Source: Candidatus Nanoarchaeia archaeon (GTDB lineage Bacteria; Patescibacteriota; Microgenomatia; Woykebacterales; RBG-16-39-9b). Taken from it: DNA of 40,764 bases. The notes under the pieces are model-generated. The model saw only the letters and a list, made by a program, of their open reading frames with translations, made no database searches and was not told the DNA's origin. The stretch covers positions 1-40,764 of the forward strand of contig DASVHF010000072.1 in assembly GCA_036382695.1 (NCBI GenBank). Direction: 5' to 3'. Within the stretch, counting starts at the first letter, position 1. The number at the start of each line of letters is the position of its first letter. This document shows positions 1-7,256 of this stretch, piece by piece. The translations under genes and the position numbers were made by a program.

Positions 1-137
1 TTCCATTGAAAATGCTCTAATACTTCAGCAGCTTCAAGGGTCAGCGAAAGTGCAAGATCTTTCGGATTGTGAAACTGCTTCCAGTCTCGCGCATCCCGAA
101 ATTTTACGATTAACTTTTGTAATTCTTTTATTTCCAT
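1..137 (-). CDS. MazG-like nucleoside-triphosphate pyrophosphohydrolase; only the N-terminal 45 codons are present because the gene runs off the left edge
   Basis: Too short for the ORF track. My reverse-strand translation from the ATG at 137 is MEIKELQKLIVKFRDARDWKQFHNPKDLALSLTLEAAEVLEHFQW. The RDW.QFH.PK.LA..L..EA.E.LE.FQW pattern is typical of all-alpha MazG/dCTPase-type NTP pyrophosphatases. Confidence 0.55.
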   Translation of the reverse strand, partial: MEIKELQKLIVKFRDARDWKQFHNPKDLALSLTLEAAEVLEHFQW

Positions 138-147
138 AAGCAAGAGG

Positions 148-176
148 ATTTTAGCTCTTTGGGGGCATGGCTGCAA
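148..176 (-). promoter_or_regulatory. Sigma70-like promoter for the MazG-like gene
   Basis: Minus strand reads TTGCAG (171-176), a 17-nt spacer, then TAAAAT (148-153). The ATG at 137 is only 10 nt downstream and has no SD, so the 5' UTR is very short or absent. Confidence 0.4.
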
Positions 177-188
177 CTTTTTTGCAGT

Positions 189-551
189 TTAGGATTTAGC
201 CCATTTAATAACTTCTGTTAAGTCTTCCGACGATTTGGGGAAGAAAACTGGGATTTTATTTTGTTTAGCCCACTCTACTTCTTCTCTCGCTCCACTAGAA
301 TTTTCCCATCCGGGAATAGCCAGCACCGCACTACAAACCTTCTGTAAAATTTCCATGCCTATTTTTTTATAAAAACTTTCTGGGGCTTTAGCTTTTACCT
401 CAAAATGTTCCGTGTGATTGTGTGAACAAAAGAAAGGGATTTGTGCGTTTGCCAATGCAATCTGGTATTTTTCAGCATTTCTGATATTTTGCTCAATTCT
501 TTCTTTATCTCCACCGCTAAAATACGGTCCGGCAATAAAAACAATTTTCAT
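189..551 (-). CDS. Nucleoside 2-deoxyribosyltransferase-like fold protein (DUF1937/DUF4406 type)
   Basis: 120 aa. MKIVFIAGPY at the N-terminus, FFCSHNH in the middle, and C..VLAIPGWENSSGAREEVEWAKQNKIPVF near the C-terminus fit the Rossmann-like pattern of this clan. No SD precedes the ATG. Confidence 0.5.
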   Translation of the reverse strand: MKIVFIAGPYFSGGDKERIEQNIRNAEKYQIALANAQIPFFCSHNHTEHFEVKAKAPESFYKKIGMEILQKVCSAVLAIPGWENSSGAREEVEWAKQNKIPVFFPKSSEDLTEVIKWAKS

Positions 552-611
552 ATGATAATAATTTATCGCTTTATTAATCAGGCTGCAATGGTTCGATCTT
601 ACTCACCATAA

Positions 612-628
612 TCCAAAAAATCCCACCG
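612..628. repeat. Left arm of a 16-17-nt inverted repeat (tccaaaaaatcccaccg)
   Basis: Its reverse complement, cggtgggattttttgga, matches 1233-1248 (cggtgggatttttgga) except for one extra T. Confidence 0.7.
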
Positions 629-938
629 TAACAATCAGGCAGGATTTCGCCTTTATTTTAGCACATTAATCAGTTAATTGCTAGAAAAGCTGGGAACATA
701 AATTAGAAACAAGCAAGAGGATTTTAACATTCTTTGAATGTTGCGTCCAACAGACTAAGCACGCTCCGTAACCCCGATCTTGATCGGTGGTACTCTCGCA
801 TGCTGCGACCATTTCCTCCGATTCAATCGGAGTTCATGGGCTAAACGCTTTATCAGGTAGGCTTCAAGTTTTAATCAGTATTTTGTATCTTGTATTTTGG
901 AGCTAGAAAGCGAGTAGGTGGGGAAATTTTATTTCTTC

Positions 939-1130
939 TCACTTCACAAGAGGTATGCTATCTCTTTCGGGTCGCTGAGCAAACATTTTTCTATTGCGTG
1001 CTAGTGAATCATTTATTGCTTCGTTCACCCAAGAAGAAAAGCTTTGCTCTGATAGTAAGAGGTTAGCTCTTAATTTAAGATAGTTTTCTTTGTTTACCAT
1101 CACTGATATTTTGTAATTTTTATTTTCCAT
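939..1130 (-). CDS. Small ribbon-helix-helix (CopG/Arc-like) DNA-binding protein
   Basis: The ORF track gives 939..1184. I prefer the internal ATG at 1130 (MENKNYKISVMVNKENYLKLRANLLLSEQSFSSWVNEAINDSL) because a promoter sits directly upstream. A short beta-strand (KISVMV) followed by two helices is the RHH pattern. Confidence 0.4.
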   Translation of the reverse strand: MENKNYKISVMVNKENYLKLRANLLLSEQSFSSWVNEAINDSLARNRKMFAQRPERDSIPLVK

Positions 1131-1136
1131 ATTTCC

Positions 1137-1165
1137 ATAATACCATAAATATATAAATATGTCAA
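1137..1165 (-). promoter_or_regulatory. Sigma70-like promoter giving an apparently leaderless RHH mRNA
   Basis: Minus strand reads TTGACA (1160-1165), a 17-nt spacer, then TATTAT (1137-1142). Only 6 nt (ggaaat) then separate it from the ATG at 1130. Confidence 0.5.
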
Positions 1166-1232
1166 TATGGTATTGTAGCATCAAAGTTGGGGAGACTAGA
1201 GTATATCCTATCTACTTCGCTTATTTGCTTTT

Positions 1233-1248
1233 CGGTGGGATTTTTGGA
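1233..1248. repeat. Right arm of the inverted repeat paired with 612-628
   Basis: cggtgggatttttgga. See the partner feature at 612-628. Confidence 0.7.
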
Positions 1249-1387
1249 AAAACTTTTTACTCGCATTTCTAGTATTGAATGCATTAAAGTTTTTCCTTAC
1301 TGCCTGCGGCGGAATTGATTTCATTAATTGATTATACCATCTTATCCAATCAGTAAATAAGTTCCAACACAGTAAAAAGGAGGTTGA

Positions 1388-1699
1388 TTAGAGGTTTTTG
1401 GTTACGTAGTTTTGGAAAATGGTGCTGTACATAAGGGCATCTTCAGCTAATTTTTTCTTGTCTTTCTGAGAAAGAGTCTGCGGCAGGGTATTTATTATTT
1501 TCGCCAGGTACAGCGGAGGCTTTGAAATTTCTTCTTTTCTTTTTAAGGCTTCTTGAACAAAACGCTGGGCTGTTTTTTCTGAACCATTGTAAAAGCCTAG
1601 TGCTACCCTTTTTAGATCCATCGCGAGAGATGAAATTGCAATTTTGTCTCTCTTTTCAATTTCTTTTTTTGTAAATGGGGACCCCTTGGTTATAATCAT
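1388..1699 (-). CDS. Hypothetical helical protein (103 aa)
   Basis: Clean ORF with a Lys/Glu-rich, helix-like composition. I recognise no family motif. Confidence 0.4.
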   Translation of the reverse strand: MIITKGSPFTKKEIEKRDKIAISSLAMDLKRVALGFYNGSEKTAQRFVQEALKRKEEISKPPLYLAKIINTLPQTLSQKDKKKLAEDALMYSTIFQNYVTKNL

Positions 1700-1817
1700 C
1701 GAGTATCGATTTTATATCTTTGCCTCTGCTGCTGCAAGCTTCAACTGGTATTATGTATCTTCAAGATACAAATTTTTGGTAATATCGTAAACTGGCTCTT
1801 ATAAAAACCCATAGCAT

Positions 1818-1846
1818 TTGCTTTATTTCTCCGGGTGTGCTATACT
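1818..1846 (+). promoter_or_regulatory. Extended -10 promoter for the DEAD-box helicase gene
   Basis: TTGCTT (1818-1823), a 17-nt spacer, then TGcTATACT with the -10 at 1841-1846. This implies a ~160-nt 5' UTR containing a 9-bp hairpin, ctttgaaat/atttcaaag, at 1930-1958. Confidence 0.45.
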
Positions 1847-2015
1847 GCCTTTCAGTTGAATTAGATTTTGAGCTATACAAACACTTATTTTCTTTTTATT
1901 TTCTGCAATTAGCAGCTAAAGAAGTGGGTCTTTGAAATTAGCTCCTAAGATTTCAAAGTGCTTGCCAAGGCTGCATGTACGAACCTATCTTAGTTTTTCT
2001 CTTTCAATTAACCGT

Positions 2016-3263
2016 ATGAGTAAATTCCGAAGAAGTGCCAGTTTTGGCGGTCGTAGCCATTTTGGCAAAAGAAAATTTAATAAATTAGGCAATGGTGGCA
2101 GCTATAGCTACCCGAAAAGTTTTTCCAATGCGAAAAGATTGTCTGGGGCAACTAGAAGCCAGCTGGGTGATGATATAGGTATTTTTATCAAAAAGGCGGG
2201 AGAAAACTCTTTTGTTGAAGACTACGCCACAAAATACAGATTTGCAGATTTTGATCTCGCTCCCGATTTACAAACAAACATCGCCAAAATAGGTTACAGA
2301 GAACCTACTCCTATTCAAGATCAGGCTATAAAGCCAATACTTGAAGGTAGGGATCTGATCGGACTGGCCAACACTGGTACCGGTAAAACTGCGGCGTTTT
2401 TGATCCCTCTAATAAATAAAATATGTAGAGATAGAAATCAACGGGTACTAATCGTTACCCCAACTAGAGAACTGGCTGGACAAATAAACGAGGAGCTCCA
2501 TGTTTTATCTCAAGGTATGCATGTATATTCTTCTCTAGTGATCGGCGGGGCGAATATTCACCGGCAAATTGGGGATATTCGGCGCCGACCAAGCGTAGTC
2601 ATCGGTACACCGGGAAGACTGAAAGATCTTATTGAAAGACGCGTCCTTCATCTAGCCGACTTTCGTAATTTCGTACTAGATGAGGTAGATCATATGGTAG
2701 ATATTGGTTTTATCCACGATGTTAAATACTTTATTTCGCTTCTTCCCAAGGAGCGTCAATCACTCTTTTTTTCGGCCACTATTCCAGCTAATGTGCACGA
2801 GGTGCTACAAGATTTTGTTACCAACCCGGTGACTGTATCGGTGAAACAACAAAATACCCCCGAAAATATTGACCAGGATGTCGTAAAGGTGAACGGGGGG
2901 AACAAAGTGGACAAACTGCACGATCTCTTAAATCAAGAGGGTTTCAACAAGGTGCTAATTTTTGGCCGTACCAAACACGGAGTTGAAAAGCTGGATCGTC
3001 TGCTAACCACTCGAGGTTTTAAGGTAGGCTCTATCCACGGAAATAGAAGGCAATCTCAAAGACAAAGAATACTAAAAAGCTTCAAGACGGATGAGATCCG
3101 CATACTTTTGGCTACTGACGTGGCTAGCAGAGGGCTGGATATTGATAATGTTTCTCACGTGATCAACTATGACTTGCCCCAAACTTATGATGATTACGTC
3201 CATCGAATTGGCCGTACAGGCCGGTTGAATAAACGCGGGACTGCTCTAACCTTTGTTGAGTAA
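2016..3263 (+). CDS. DEAD-box ATP-dependent RNA helicase with a basic RG/K-rich N-terminal tail
   Basis: Motifs seen: Q motif PTPIQ, motif I ANTGTGKTAAF, Ia PTRELA, II VLDEVDHM (DEVD variant), III SAT, V ATDVASRGLD, VI HRIGRTGR. The track start at 1932 is a TTG inside the 5' hairpin, so I prefer the ATG at 2016 (MSKFRRSASFGG...). Confidence 0.9.
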   Translation: MSKFRRSASFGGRSHFGKRKFNKLGNGGSYSYPKSFSNAKRLSGATRSQLGDDIGIFIKKAGENSFVEDYATKYRFADFDLAPDLQTNIAKIGYREPTPIQDQAIKPILEGRDLIGLANTGTGKTAAFLIPLINKICRDRNQRVLIVTPTRELAGQINEELHVLSQGMHVYSSLVIGGANIHRQIGDIRRRPSVVIGTPGRLKDLIERRVLHLADFRNFVLDEVDHMVDIGFIHDVKYFISLLPKERQSLFFSATIPANVHEVLQDFVTNPVTVSVKQQNTPENIDQDVVKVNGGNKVDKLHDLLNQEGFNKVLIFGRTKHGVEKLDRLLTTRGFKVGSIHGNRRQSQRQRILKSFKTDEIRILLATDVASRGLDIDNVSHVINYDLPQTYDDYVHRIGRTGRLNKRGTALTFVE

Positions 3264-3314
3264 TACTTGCTCTAATCTCCTTGCTTATTTAAATTTTGGG
3301 AGTATACTAAAGGG

Positions 3315-3506
3315 GTGACTGAAAACGTAAGTGACTTCATTTCTTTTCATAATGCCCACATTTTGGATTTGGAATTGACCGCAAGTTACAAAACAATCTC
3401 TACGTTTGCCGCTAAGAGAAAGATAGCCCTTGAGGATTTGTCGATTGAAAAACACCGTCTTCCTTTCATCAACTGGATCACTAGCCTAAATAGTTCCCAA
3501 GTCTAA
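3315..3506 (+). CDS. Hypothetical small protein (63 aa, GTG start)
   Basis: It is the only ORF in this gap and has no recognisable motif. It may not be real. Confidence 0.2.
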   Translation: MTENVSDFISFHNAHILDLELTASYKTISTFAAKRKIALEDLSIEKHRLPFINWITSLNSSQV

Positions 3507-3606
3507 GTTTACTAGACGAATTTTAACTTTTTCCCTCTTTTGCAAATATTGATATTGAAGCTAAAAAGCGAGTATAGTTAACTTAAGATGGGTTTGCTAT
3601 AGTGAA

Positions 3607-3885
3607 TTGTCTATGGATTGGAAAATATTTGGCTCGACTTTTCTTTTAATTTTTCTGGCCGAACTGGGTGACAAAACTCAACTAGCAGTTCTTGCCCTTT
3701 CTGCAAAGGAAAAAACGCCTCTAACAATTTTCGTCTCAGCCATCTTTGGCTTTGCGCTAGCGACAGTTATTGCAATAATCATCGGTACAATCGGCGCAAA
3801 ATATGTACCAGTGGAAATAGTCCAAAAGATTGCTGCCGTTGCTTTCATCATAATAGGTGTTTTGATCTTCTTCGGAAAAATTTAG
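3607..3885 (+). CDS. UPF0016 (GDT1/TMEM165) family single-repeat membrane protein, a putative cation (Mn2+/Ca2+) transporter half
   Basis: Carries the signature ELGDKTQLAVLALS (E-x-G-D-K-T) and three hydrophobic segments. The start is TTG at 3607 or ATG at 3613. Confidence 0.75.
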   Translation: MSMDWKIFGSTFLLIFLAELGDKTQLAVLALSAKEKTPLTIFVSAIFGFALATVIAIIIGTIGAKYVPVEIVQKIAAVAFIIIGVLIFFGKI

Positions 3886-4862
3886 CCAAAATTTATTTCA
3901 AGACGTTTTTCTTTTCCTTGCCAGCTGGTTTTGGTGCCAAGACCGGCACAAAGCTGACTCATTTTCTGAACAATCTCCTCCGCTTCTCCATCATCCGCCA
4001 GTCTTACCTGAAAATCTCTGATGACTGTAGGGTACATTTTTATCCGACCAATTCGATCGTCAACCGTTTCCAGTACAAAGATAAAAGACTGATCGTTTTT
4101 CTCAATTTCGTCAACAGCATAGTCATCAATAAAATCGCCCGTGCAATAAATTATTGGCTTACCTTTGTAAATTTCAATCCCACGAAAGACGTGTCCGGAA
4201 TGGCCAAAAATCACATCAGCACCAGCGTCGATTAAAGCTCGCGCAAAAGGTGGGTGTTCTTTTGGCGAGGCATAACCCCAATTCGGTCCCCAATGAGCAG
4301 AGATGATTAAGAGATCGGCTTCCTCTTTTGCTTTTTTGATACTCCCAAAAAGCTTCTTTGCCCGTTGATCTTTCAAATCAATCGGAACAAAATAGACTCC
4401 GGCCTGGTCCTTCCTTGCCTCCCAAGTCGGTTCATTATCGGTAAAGGAGGTTAGGCCGATTTTCTTCCCACCAACTTTTGTAACAGCGGTGGATGAAGCT
4501 TTCCGTAAATTGACACCAGCACCAGCATAGCCAATTTTCTCGCTTTTTAAGATCTTCAACATCTCAAACATTGCCTCATACTCATAATCCAAAGTGTGAT
4601 TATTGGCCAAAGACACAGCGTCAATAGAGGCCACCTTTAAACTTTCAATGTTCTTTGCATCTGTCCGAAAATGGAAAACTTTTGGCGTAGCGTCCCAAGG
4701 ACGGCCGCGGTCAGAGATAACGCATTCTAAATTGATCAGGCGAAAATCGCAGTCGTGGAAAAGGGACAAGGTATCTCCCCAAGGATAATCTGCCGGTTTT
4801 TGCCTCAAAACCTCGTTGACGGTTCTTCCCAGCATCACATCACCAACTAAAAGAATTTTCAT
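3882..4862 (-). CDS. CapA/PGA_cap family metallophosphoesterase-like protein
   Basis: MKILLVGDVMLGR at the N-terminus, plus NLE....., LANNH, SAHWG and GHSGH motifs, match the CapA (poly-gamma-glutamate synthesis) metallophosphatase fold. Confidence 0.75.
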   Translation of the reverse strand: MKILLVGDVMLGRTVNEVLRQKPADYPWGDTLSLFHDCDFRLINLECVISDRGRPWDATPKVFHFRTDAKNIESLKVASIDAVSLANNHTLDYEYEAMFEMLKILKSEKIGYAGAGVNLRKASSTAVTKVGGKKIGLTSFTDNEPTWEARKDQAGVYFVPIDLKDQRAKKLFGSIKKAKEEADLLIISAHWGPNWGYASPKEHPPFARALIDAGADVIFGHSGHVFRGIEIYKGKPIIYCTGDFIDDYAVDEIEKNDQSFIFVLETVDDRIGRIKMYPTVIRDFQVRLADDGEAEEIVQKMSQLCAGLGTKTSWQGKEKRLEINFG

Positions 4863-4892
4863 ATCGATAAATTGATAGGGAGATTAGGGTCA

Positions 4893-6017
4893 TTATTCCT
4901 TAGAATTTCTTGCGCGCTGAAGCCTCTCCCTAGCAATCTTTAGAGCTGCCTGCCTAGGGGTAATCTTCTCGGCTTTTGATTTCCCTAAAACAGTCCCCAC
5001 GTTTCTTTCAATTTTTCTTTCTACCAGTTTAAACATCTGCTTTGGATTATAACCTCTGTATTCTGCGTAAGAAGAGATCACTCCCCCGGCATTAGCAACG
5101 ATATCAGGAACAACCAAAACTCCTTTTTTATAAAGTGTGACTTCTGCATCAGGTCTAACTGCCAAATTAGCCGCCTCAACGATTAGCTTTGCTTTTACTT
5201 TATTTACATTTTCGGCGTTAACCGCATCGTGGAAAGCAGCTGGGATTAAAATATCAACGTCAAGGGCAGTGATATCCTCGCTAGAAAGTTTTTCTCCATC
5301 AGGATTATCCGATACGCTTCCCTTTTTCTTTTTAATATCAAAGATTTTTCGAACTTCTAGCCCTTTTGGGTTATAAGTCGTGCCTCCACTATCAGAAATC
5401 GCTACAATCTTTGCTTTTTCCTTCGCCAGAAGGCTGGTAACAAAACTGCCGACATTACCAGATCCGGCGATTGCTACGCTCATCTCCTCAATATTCTGAC
5501 CTAAAAACCCTAGTGCTGCTAAAACCGCTTGAACTACACCAAAACCTGTTGAACCAAATTCATGTGGCAGTCCGCACTCCTCACCAGGTTTTATACACAT
5601 ATCGGCCGGTTTACCGGTCGCAGATTTTAAAGAACCGTTGGCCCTTACGAATTCAGCTATCTCCCGCCCGCCAGTACCGACATCTGGTCCGGCTATATAA
5701 AGAGATGGGCATAATAACTTTATGGCCCTGGAAAAAGAACGGATTAATTCAAACTTCTGCGCGAGACTTATGTTTTTCACGTCGGCTATAATACCAGATT
5801 TCCCTCCACCGAACGGTAGCTCTGCCAGTGCATTTTTGTAAGTCATTACCCTCGCTAAGTGGAATATTTCCTCAAGTGTTACACCTGGCGTCATTCGCAA
5901 ACCGCCTTTTGCTACCCCCAACCAAGTGTTATCGATTACTAAAAACCCGCGCATTTTGGTTTCTTGATCGTAAATTTCAATTAATTTTTCTGGACCAAGG
6001 TGGTCGTGTTTAATCAT
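4893..6017 (-). CDS. gdh: Glu/Leu/Phe/Val dehydrogenase family enzyme (short glutamate dehydrogenase type)
   Basis: Catalytic-Lys box PFGGGKSGI, a GPDVGT motif and the dinucleotide fold IAGSGNVG. 374 aa. Confidence 0.85.
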   Translation of the reverse strand: MIKHDHLGPEKLIEIYDQETKMRGFLVIDNTWLGVAKGGLRMTPGVTLEEIFHLARVMTYKNALAELPFGGGKSGIIADVKNISLAQKFELIRSFSRAIKLLCPSLYIAGPDVGTGGREIAEFVRANGSLKSATGKPADMCIKPGEECGLPHEFGSTGFGVVQAVLAALGFLGQNIEEMSVAIAGSGNVGSFVTSLLAKEKAKIVAISDSGGTTYNPKGLEVRKIFDIKKKKGSVSDNPDGEKLSSEDITALDVDILIPAAFHDAVNAENVNKVKAKLIVEAANLAVRPDAEVTLYKKGVLVVPDIVANAGGVISSYAEYRGYNPKQMFKLVERKIERNVGTVLGKSKAEKITPRQAALKIARERLQRARNSKE

Positions 6018-6078
6018 AGAAGAAGTAATTTATATTATCCTCATCGAGAAAATTTCGCAAGTGGTGAGGCTCCCAGGT

Positions 6079-6099
6079 AAAAAACCGCCTGCCTGGCGG
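6079..6099 (-). terminator. Intrinsic terminator (CCGCC-aggca-GGCGG followed by U6) on the minus strand
   Basis: Plus strand reads aaaaaa (6079-6084), ccgcc (6085-6089), tgcct, ggcgg (6095-6099). The U-tract exists only in the minus-sense RNA. Confidence 0.6.
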
Positions 6100-6190
6100 C
6101 AGACAGGCCGGGGTGAGTTGCCGGTTACACCGCTTAAATTCAGTGTTACCAGCAACTTATTCTCCCCGGCAAAAGAAGGTGAAAAATTAC
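6079..6190 (-). ncRNA. Candidate ~110-nt small RNA or cis-acting leader, made of a long imperfect hairpin plus a terminator
   Basis: A promoter lies at 6197-6225. The hairpin at 6107-6170 has a gccgggg/ccccggc clamp plus a 15-position inner stem with one mismatch and one G-U in the minus sense. The terminator is at 6079-6099. Confidence 0.35.
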
Positions 6191-6196
6191 CGAATA

Positions 6197-6225
6197 TTTA
6201 TACACTATAGTAATTAAATTGTCAA
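6197..6225 (-). promoter_or_regulatory. Sigma70-like promoter driving the hairpin/terminator unit upstream of gdh
   Basis: Minus strand reads TTGACA (6220-6225), a 17-nt spacer, then TATAAA (6197-6202). Confidence 0.5.
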
Positions 6226-6260
6226 GTCCCAAGGTGAAGTTCATTGGCTAGTGTGAAATA

Positions 6261-6290
6261 TTGACAATTACTTAGCTTTGCCGCTAAAAT
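6261..6290 (+). promoter_or_regulatory. Sigma70-like promoter for the RRM protein gene
   Basis: TTGACA (6261-6266), an 18-nt spacer, then TAAAAT (6285-6290). This gives a ~125-nt 5' UTR before the ATG at 6424. It is divergent from the 6197-6225 promoter. Confidence 0.5.
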
Positions 6291-6423
6291 CATAGTGTTA
6301 GTATTATTAAAAACCTTCTTTCTTCTTATTCGCTCGACCCGCGTTCGTTTTCCCAAAATTCGAAGCAGTCTGAATAAGTAAGCAAGTGCAGACTCCGTAA
6401 GACGGGGTAGAAAGGAAAAACTT

Positions 6424-6705
6424 ATGGCTAAAAAGTTATTTGTTGGCGGTTTGCCTTTTGAAACCTCCGATGAAGAGCTCGAGAAAATCTTCTCTGAGGT
6501 TGGCAAGGTAGAGTCTGCTACCGTTATAACTGACCGAATGACCGGAAGATCTCGCGGTTTTGGCTTTGTGGAAATGTCAGCTGACGATGAAGCGGCTAAA
6601 GCCATTGAAACACTAAATGGCAAAGAAATTGGCGGCCGAAACATTGTAGTTGCGGAAGCAAGACCACGCGAAGAGCGCGAGCCCGGAGATAAACCAAAAG
6701 AGTAA
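6424..6705 (+). CDS. RRM-type (RNP-1/RNP-2) glycine-poor RNA-binding protein
   Basis: RNP-2 is KLFVGGL and RNP-1 is RGFGFVEM. 93 aa with an SD-like aaaggaaaaa upstream. Confidence 0.9.
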   Translation: MAKKLFVGGLPFETSDEELEKIFSEVGKVESATVITDRMTGRSRGFGFVEMSADDEAAKAIETLNGKEIGGRNIVVAEARPREEREPGDKPKE

Positions 6706-6894
6706 TTTAACCTGTCGATTACTTTAAATCAAGGATTCACTGTTTTAAAAAGTTGGTTAGGATCATCCCCGCTAGATGCGTTAGCTTTTTATCCACTCAA
6801 TAAAAGTCTCCACAGGGGAACCTATTCTCCAAACGTGGAGAATAAGTTATTGCGGCAATTTGGCTAGCCAAAGCAAAAATAAGAGAGCTGCATA

Positions 6895-7203
6895 TTATAA
6901 GTTACTGGGTACCCACAGATAATTCGTGAGGTTAACTTTCTCCCTAATCATCTCCACACCCTCGGCTTGTAACCTTTTAATCTGCTCTTGTTTTCCGCAA
7001 AAAGCAAAGTTTGCAGCAGGCTCTCCTTTGCTATTTACAACTCGGTGACAGGGAATCTTTTTTTGACATGGGTTTTTATGTAGTAGATTTCCAACTACCC
7101 TTGGGCTTTTAATTCCAGAAAGCTTAGCTAATTTTCCATAGGTTGTAACTTTTCCTTTCGGTATCTGTGAAACAATTTGGTAAAGTCTGGTTGTTTTTTC
7201 CAC
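6895..7203 (-). CDS. ogt: Methylated-DNA--protein-cysteine methyltransferase, DNA-binding/active-site domain only
   Basis: Active-site IPCHRVV (PCHR), plus the TYG.LA helix-turn-helix. At 102 aa it has no N-terminal domain. Confidence 0.8.
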   Translation of the reverse strand: MEKTTRLYQIVSQIPKGKVTTYGKLAKLSGIKSPRVVGNLLHKNPCQKKIPCHRVVNSKGEPAANFAFCGKQEQIKRLQAEGVEMIREKVNLTNYLWVPSNL

Positions 7204-7256
7204 AAGGCCATTATAAATTGCACTTTTTCTCCTGTATAGGTTACAATTAACCTCTT

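Noticed and set aside
741-860. Possible tRNA or small ncRNA in the hairpin-rich block downstream of the RHH gene.
   Set aside because: There is no cloverleaf, no T-loop (GTTCRANYC) and no acceptor pairing. The hairpins are better explained as members of the dispersed repeat family (ggtactctcgc...ctgcgaccattt).
6222-6644. A 140-aa minus-strand ORF overlapping the RRM gene and its promoter region.
   Set aside because: It is antisense to a gene with perfect RNP-1/RNP-2 motifs. It is Ser/Pro/Leu-rich, and its 5' part runs through the divergent promoter region.
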